From Eledone cirrhosa (Eukaryota), in the NCBI GenBank assembly GCA_964016885.1, contig OZ024747.1, positions 65,162,001-65,226,000 on the forward strand: a stretch of 64,000 nt of DNA, read 5' to 3'. Below, one piece after another: positions 56,246-64,000 of this stretch. Numbering within the stretch: the first letter of the stretch is position 1; each line of letters opens with the position of its first letter. The translations under genes were made by a program, and so were the position numbers. The notes under the pieces are model-generated. The model was not told the DNA's origin, searched no databases, and was given only the letters and a program-made list of their open reading frames with translations.

Positions 56246-56361
56246 CATATCTGATGAAATGTTGAGCCTCGTCAAGAAGAGTTGAGCCTCGTCAAGAAGA
56301 GTTGAGCCTCGTCACTTTGTGTCTAGCCTGAGATGATTGATATCAAAACAATTGTAATATG
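56246..56361 (+). ncRNA. Hammerhead-like motif with long stem II inside a larger inverted repeat
   Basis: catat-CTGATGA-aatgttga...ttgatatc-AAAAC-aatt-GTA-atatg. Confidence 0.55.
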
Positions 56362-56543
56362 CAATTAAAGTTTGTACATATGCTGCAACACTGACTTCGA
56401 TTCTACTTATTTTCTCTCTCTCTCTCTCTCTTGAGCAGAGAAAAGCAGACGTAAAATGATGATATATATATAAGTTTATCCCTTCCTGATGATTTATCCC
56501 AAATGAAACAGTTCTAGTCCTGTAGAAGCCATTTCTATATTAA

Positions 56544-56588
<45 letters not shown>

Positions 56589-56866
56589 CAGAGAGAGAGA
56601 AAGAAAGAGAGAGTTATATGTGTATATGCATGTGTTCCAGATTGTGATGGAGTGTGCTAGAGAAAATTGTGATATGGCTGGGGAAAAGTGTATCTGAAAT
56701 GACAGTTGAGCACTTGCCTTGTCTGATGCCAGAATGTTGGAAAGAATGTTTTGCAGTATTCGTTCCAACTCTCTGCTTATTCACTACTTTTATCATATAT
56801 GATAGGTGTATAAACAAAGGTCAATAAATACAGGTAGTTTGATGGTAAATATTGAAGCTCACTTAC

Positions 56867-56980
56867 TGAATATGTTTTGCATTCCAAAGGAGAGAAAGTC
56901 CATTCCAAAATTGCTGTTCCACCTGGTTCAATCTCTCCTATAGGATTATTACAGACAAATATTGGACAATTATAATTTTC
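56867..56980 (-). CDS. CFAP65: CFAP65-like exon B (ENYNCPIFVCNNPIGEIEPGGTAILEWTFSPLECKTYS)
   Basis: cag|GAA...TCA|gtaagt, 114 nt, inside ORF 56777..57043. Resembles recalled CFAP65 [36 protein letters not shown]. Confidence 0.9.
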
Positions 56981-57760
56981 CTGTGATGGAAGAAAAATAG
57001 AAAACACAGGGAATGATAATGCAGTTAACAAGAGTGGGTTCAATATACATAATTTAATAGATAAGTTCAGAGAAAAGTTTGTTTGAGTTCAGTAACTCTG
57101 GGGAGTAAATAAACCAACTTTTCAGGCCTCTGCCATTCATGTGATCCCTCCATCTCCTCCTCATCATTATTATCTACCAGAGGACGGTGGATTGGCAGTA
57201 TTGGTAGAGGGTCGGACACCATGTTTTGCAGCATAGAGTTACGACCCTTTATGATCTGAGTTCAAATCTCGCCGAGGTCAACTTTGCTTTCATCCTTACG
57301 GGGTTGATAAAATAAAGTACCAGTAATGCACTGGTAATAATTGCTTGCCTTGTGCCAAAAGTAGAAACAATTATTATCTAACATGGTAGATAATAATGAT
57401 GATATGGACTGGCAGAATCGGTAGAGGGTTGGATAACATGCTTTGCAGCATAGAGTTACAGTCCTTTACAGTCTGAGTTTAAGTCCTGCTGCGGTTAACT
57501 TTGCCTTTCATCCTTACGGGGTCGATAAAATAAAGTACCAGTAATGCACTGGGGTCGATTTAATCAACTTTCCCCTCCTGCAAAATTTCTGGCCCTGTGC
57601 CTATAGTAGAAATCATTATTATCATCACCATTTAACATCCATTTTACATGCCTGAATTAGACAGGTTGTTACATACTGAGTGAGGCAAGCTTGGTCAGAT
57701 GACAACATCCTGCTCATCCACTCCATTTTTTGCTTGGCTTCTATGACCAGCTGCCTTTCC

Positions 57761-57997
57761 TAACCCTTTAGTTACCAACCCAGCTAAAACCGGCTCTGGT
57801 TCTATGAGATAAAGCCACCCATTTTAAGTTTCCAATTTAGATTAATATCTTTCAACATAATTTTATATAAGATCTTTACATTAAGTTACTATTTTAGTTA
57901 TGAAATAATTAATAATTTTAGTAAATCTCTCATAATTATTAATTAATTAATTAAAATAGATTGTATTTCATTAGAAATGCAGTCATGAAAGGGTTAA
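57761..57997. mobile_element. piggyBac-type MITE family 2 (others about 18886-19333 tandem pair, 22066-22305, 3300-3460)
   Basis: taaCCCTTT...AAAGGGttaa ends and a shared internal ctggttctatga motif. Confidence 0.7.
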
Positions 57998-58739
57998 AGT
58001 CTACCACTTTACAGGGTGTAATGGGAGGATTCTGTTGGGACTCCAGCACCTTACAGAATGGACTGGGTGGTTGTTTTTTTTTATTGAGGATAAGAAAGCA
58101 AACATGGATTGTAGGCAAGTGAACATTGAAATTAAAATATATTTGCAGAAGGCTTCAAGAGAAGTGGTATTACTGTGTAGAATGACTGAGAAATGCAGAA
58201 AGTAGTGGCTCTTCCTGAAGCAATTTCTTGATCTCCAAGCTACTCACTCCCCACTTCAGTAATGTTACTCTAAAGCCCTTCAGGAGAACCCTATTTTGAT
58301 ATCTTGTATTCACAATTGTATTTTTTTCTTTTATTAAATATTTCATTTTTGTATTTGTTTTGCAACTCGTGGGGTTTTGTTTTGGAATCGTGTGTAGAAA
58401 AATAATAATAATAATTGTTTCTACTTTTGGCACAAGGCCAGCAATTACCCAGTGCATTACTGGTACTTTATTTTATCGACCCCGTAAGGATGAAAGACAA
58501 AGTTAACCTCGGCGAGATTTGAACTCAGATAATAATAATAATAATAATTGTTTCTACTTTTGTCACAAGGGCAACAATTATCCTAGTGTATTACTTGTAC
58601 TTTATTTTATCAACCCCGTAAGGATGTAAAGCAAAGTTAACCTCAGCGGGATTTGAACTCAGACCATAAAGGCCGTAACTCTTTGCTGTAAAGCATGGTG
58701 TCAGACCCTCAACCGATACTGCCATATAATAATAACAAT

Positions 58740-59375
58740 GAAAATTATTGTGTACGGTACTCAAGTGCACTACAACTCATCAAAGGTGCATATATATTAC
58801 ATAGAATAATGTAGAAATGTCAGGAAAGTGAACAGTGTATGAATCATGATATACACACAGATACACACAGACACATGCATGCTTGTGTATGGAGGGGAAA
58901 TATCAGGTGCAGTGTTGGCGAATTTCAGGAAGCATGGAAGTTTTGAAGGATGCAGTGTCCCAACAGCTAACAACTGATGCAGGTAGTTTGTTCCATGCTT
59001 CAGCAACTCTCAGCAGGGAAAAATGTTTCCAAAAGTCATGGCTGCTGTACTGTTTTCTGATTTTGTAAGCATGTCCACAGGTGTTAGACACATGGAATTC
59101 AAAAAGGTGCTCAGGGTTGTTGTTGGAACAATGGTTAATCATTTTGTGAGTGTCTATCAAGTCAGTTGCCAGATGTCAGAGCTTTAATGTATTCAAGACC
59201 AGGTAAGCAAGGTGTTCAGAGTACGATAGATGCCTGTTGGAGGGTATTTGTTTGGTTGTACGTCTCTGAACAGTTTCCAGGAAACCGATATTCTGAGCAA
59301 GATAGGGGCTCCAACTGGTGATGCAAATTCTAAGAGTGAACGCACTATAGCTATATACAGATTTAAATAATGTTG
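58740..59375 (-). mobile_element. CR1/L2-type LINE 3' fragment
   Basis: LYIAIVRSLLEFASPV and GHAYKI...RVAEAWNKLPASVV...SFKT, frameshifted. Confidence 0.8.
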
Positions 59376-59998
59376 AACTTTAGGAGGAGACAAATAAACT
59401 GAATGGAGTTTGTGTAACAAGGAGGAGAGGCATGAAGACATACCATTATAGATAAGGTCACAGTGTGTGAGGAAAGTAGACTAATTAATCAACTGGGAAA
59501 TGAACTAATTATCTGACTGATTAACGAAACTGGAGAGAAATACAACCAGTGCTTCCTTTTTTGATCGGCAATATGACACTGCCAATGTACAACAGTATTT
59601 TGTTAAGTATGTTCAGTAAAACTAACTAAAAGATTGCCTAAGGAGAAAAGTGGGAATATGAGGCTTAATAAACAACTTTTAAACAACTGGCAGATTCAGT
59701 TGAATAACTCTGCAATATCAGCGCACAAATAATATTAGTTGGATAAACTCCATAATGGTAATTTATAAAATTAACTCAATCGTAAATACAGTGCAGCATG
59801 TCAAGATTGGAAACCTATACAACCCTCTAGGCACATTACATTGTCTCTTAAGTAATTGATACAACTTTAATTATAACTCTTAATATAAAACCAACAGACG
59901 CATTGGGTTGAGAAGTCGTTGACTTGGTGCTGGTCTTAACAATACTTGACTATCAACAGTAAACTCCACACATCAGTAAATATTACACTGAGAAGAGG

Positions 59999-60063
<65 letters not shown>

Positions 60064-60201
60064 GATATGTGTATATATATATAGAGAGAGATATATATGT
60101 GCGTGTGTGAGTGATATATAAGTGTGTGTGTGTGTGTGTGTGTGTGTGTTTATCATTGTCATTGTTTTAATATCTGCTTTCCCTACTAGCAAGGATGTAT
60201 G

Positions 60202-60236
<35 letters not shown>

Positions 60237-61997
60237 GTATGTGAGTGTGTGTGTGTGTATATACATATATACACACACATATATATATTATCGTCATCAA
60301 TTTTTAACATCCATTTTCCACACTTGCATGGGTTAGATGGGTTGTCACATGATAAGACAAGTCAGGTCAGATGACCATGTCTTCTTCACACGGACCTGTA
60401 CTTTGGCTTGGTTTCTATGGCTGGATGAACTTCCTAACACCAACCACGTAACACTGGACTGGGTACCTTTTACCGCAGAACCAAAATGATCATCTTACAG
60501 GGTCAAATGAGTGCTTTTTTCTCATGTTACCAGCATGATCACCTTACAGGGTGGACTGGGTGTTTTTCTCTTGTATCACCAGCACAACAACTAAACAGGG
60601 TAGACTAGGAGCCTCTTTTCATGTCTGCAGCACAACCACTTTACAGAGTCGATTGAGTGCTGCCTCTAGTCATGTTACCTTACAGGGTGGACTGAGTGCT
60701 TTTATCTTGTATCACCAGCATGACCACTATACAGGTTCGACTGAGAGCTTCTTGTCATGTAAGCAGCACAACCACCTTGTAGGGGGGGGGGGGGCACTTC
60801 AGGTTGGTGGGGTGGGTCTCATGCACAAAAAAAATAGAATATACAGTAACCCCCTCCCTCTTCCCCTGCCAATTTTACATATCAAAGTTGGCTTCGTGCA
60901 AGTAAGTGGAATTGAAAAGTTATACATACAGGTATTAAGTTAAAAAATTCTAACCATCCTAAAACTAAAAAGGCCAGCTGAGGGCACAAATAAATTGCTA
61001 CGGCCATCACTGGTGGGCCTTCCACTGCAGGGAGCCTGGGGCAATTGCCCCCTTTGTTCCCATAAAAGTGAACTTTGCTTCTCATCTTTCCAAGATTAAT
61101 AAAGTATAGTTCCAACCAAGACCCATGGGTTGATTTAATAAACTGAAATTGTGTTGTTGTTGTTCCTATTCTTTTATTCTTTTATTGATTTCAGTCATTA
61201 GACTGTGACAATGATTGAAGCATGTTTGAAATGATTATTTTAGTGGTTTCAGACAAAAGGTTGTTGTTATGCTGGGAAAATCTACAAGCTATATTAATAT
61301 ATTGCATCTAAGAAACCATACAAAGAGAAGAAAAAGCTAAGCACACTAAAATATCATGAAACTATAATTTATGAGAAGTATTTACAAAATACTGACATGC
61401 ATTAGAATCTATGGTGCTAAAACCAGCTGAAAGTAATATCCTATAGTGTACAGGATCTACAGAAACTAAAGGTAGATTTATGAAATACTGACGTGATCAT
61501 AATATATCCAAAATATGATATAGTAATGACCATAATTTATAGATATGTACGATATGTTTTTTCAGCAATATATTTCAGAATTATATGTATATATGTCTAT
61601 ATATATGTATTTGTGTATGCATAAGACACTCTATAAAAGCTTTTTTAACAATATAAATAAACAATACACTAACTTGGATATCTCCTCAATCATTCATGCT
61701 TAAATGAATATCTGTTAGCTGGTAATATACGCACATACACAAACATACTTGTGTGCGTGCGTGTGCGTGTGCGTGTGTGTAAAAACAGTTATTTTATCAA
61801 GAATAACAATTTTTTATTTAAAAAACAATTTTTTCAATATTCCTCCAGACTAATTCACTCATAGAAAATACTAGAAGCAACGAGAATAAACTTTATAGGA
61901 AATCAAGGGATCAAATCATTAAGGCTTTCTACTAAAATTATGTCAAACAGAATGTGAAAACAACTGAGACTATAGGTTGTTAAAAGACATGACTTAC

Positions 61998-62075
61998 TTC
62001 TTGAATTACTGACAATGGTTCAGTCTCCACTATGTACTTTACAACTTCTGTTCCAGCATTGTATAGTTCATAGAT
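61998..62075 (-). CDS. CFAP65: CFAP65/CCDC108-like exon A (IYELYNAGTEVVKYIVETEPLSVIQE)
   Basis: Minus strand reads tttcag|ATC...GAA|gtaagt, 78 nt, phase 0. Resembles recalled vertebrate CFAP65 IYELYNGGSVPVTYEVQTDVLSQVQE and joins exon B in frame. Confidence 0.85.
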
Positions 62076-62936
62076 CTGAAACATAGAAGAAACGATGTTG
62101 ATTATTGAAATATTATTAAATAACTAGTAGCCCTCTGGTGGCCATTTCAAGAGAAATGTTGCAGTTCTTTAATCAACTGTAAAAACTAACAAAATAGATA
62201 GAGTAAACTAAGGTTTCACTTCAAAGTCATCTAAAGCTCATATATACAACTGTTAACTTCAATAGCCAGTCCTTCTGTTAGCTAAGTTTACCATTCTATT
62301 TCCTACAGCTATTCTAAGCTGGATAATTCTGTCACTTACTCTAACTACCTCTATCACCTTATCTATCCATTTCTCAAGGAGAATGCCTATACCACCTAAC
62401 CCATCATCATTTCCTACCCAGTAGAGATTATATCTATGCTGTTTTCCTGGGAGTAGTCTTGCTAAGGCACCCTCCTCTATTTAACAGTTCCACAATTTCA
62501 CCTGATTTACCTTTCAGGATACCAACATTAAGGGTGGCAGTCCTGAGATATGATTGAAACTAGAATCTCGGGGATGTGAAGTGAACTTCTCGGCCAATAA
62601 GCCAATTAAACTTAAAACAGTTCCACTTAAGAGAAATAGAAATATATAGAAATATATATATATATATATATGGGTTTACTGTGTTTACTTCTACACATAT
62701 TAATATTATAATGCTCAGTATTTATACTTTGACCTTGTTAATTGCAGGGTATCTATATGAATTAATAACTCTATATTTTATTTGTATTTCGGCTCCTTAT
62801 CTGTTGAGCTTATAAAAATGAGTGTAAATAGGCTATTATTTATAGCATAACCACTCGCACCGCATATGACTTTCAACGCACGAGGTGTAAACTTTAGTGA
62901 GTTTATCGTTATGGGTGTTATGTAACATTTAGTTTT

Positions 62937-63028
62937 ATCTCTCGCTGACGAAATGCCTATGGATTACTTGTTACAAACACGATTCATTCAGGGCAAAACA
63001 GATTAAATCTTTAGTCTGGCCGGGAGAT
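62937..63028 (+). ncRNA. Decayed hammerhead with all three stems
   Basis: Stem I atctctcg/cgggagat, core CTGACGA, stem II gcct..tggat/attca.gggc, AAAA in place of GAAA, stem III cagattaaa/tttagtctg, GGC in place of GTC. Confidence 0.55.
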
Positions 63029-63361
63029 GAAATGGTTATTGATATGGTATGTATGAGAAATCTTGTAAGAAATCTTGTAACATCCCATATGATTCAGGTT
63101 GAATGATATATAACATTTGTGGTGTAATCTACCCTCGTAATTTTAGACATGGGTTTGCTGTGTTTACTTCTACACATATTAATATTATAATTGTTTCTAC
63201 TTTAGGCACAAGGCCAGCAATTACCCAGTGCATTACTGGTACTTTATTTTATCGACCCCGTAAGGATGAAAGGCAATTAATATTATAATGCTCAGTATTT
63301 ATACTTTGAGCTTGTTAATTGCAGGGTATCTATATGAGTTAATAACTCTATATTTTATTTG

Positions 63362-63422
<61 letters not shown>

Positions 63423-64000
63423 GCTATTCAATATATATATATAATATATATATACTTCCATATATATATCATATGTGTGTTTCTATGTATATAAAAATGT
63501 TACACCTGAGTTCTTTAGTAAGCCATTACACACATAACAATATTTATATTAGCAGAACTAATTAATATATGACACCACTCTCATCAGACAGACAGACATA
63601 GAATATTAAAAACAAACACTTGTTGATGGTAACTGTTAAACTTAAAATAATTAGATATACAAATATCTTAACTTTCTCATCATCATATTTCAATTTCTCT
63701 AAAACCAATGTTGGCAATTTATTTATACATATAACAATATATTTACACATATAACATATTTGTGTACATACAACAGTGTCATATATATATATATATATAT
63801 ATATATATCATCATCATCATTTCATTTTACGTCCGCTTTTTCCCTGCTTGCAAGGGTGGGACGGGAACTGATACTGGCTTGGTTTCTACAGCTGGATGCC
63901 CTTCCTAACACCAACCTCATTTACAGTGAGTACTGGGTGTTTTTTTTTTTTTGCCATGGCACCTCAACGACCACTTTGTAGTGGAATGATAGGGACCTCG

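Overview
AT-rich, microsatellite-saturated animal DNA, most consistent with an octopus or other coleoid cephalopod. That call is inferred from the (TA)n/(CA)n/(CAT)n load and the SINE/RTE content. The window lies inside one minus-strand host gene, a CFAP65 (CCDC108) ortholog. Five phase-0 GT-AG exons were read directly (62075-61998, 56980-56867, 23527-23372, 17545-17402, 12300-12184) and splice to 203 aa in frame. Nearly everything else is intronic transposon material: a near-complete Naiad-type Penelope-like element (RT plus C-terminal GIY-YIG), a second Penelope 3' fragment, RTE and CR1-type LINE fragments, two tRNA-derived SINE families, non-autonomous Helitrons, piggyBac/hAT/mariner-type MITEs, 112-bp and 80-bp tandem arrays, and a 200-N gap. 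The most interesting signal is RNA-structural. About a dozen type I hammerhead ribozyme motifs occur, several with unusually large stem II inserts. Fold-back palindromes built from the ribozyme 3' half plus tail sit in or next to (TA)n tracts. All folds were paired by eye, not computed. Nearly all ORFs in the supplied track are microsatellite or repeat artefacts.
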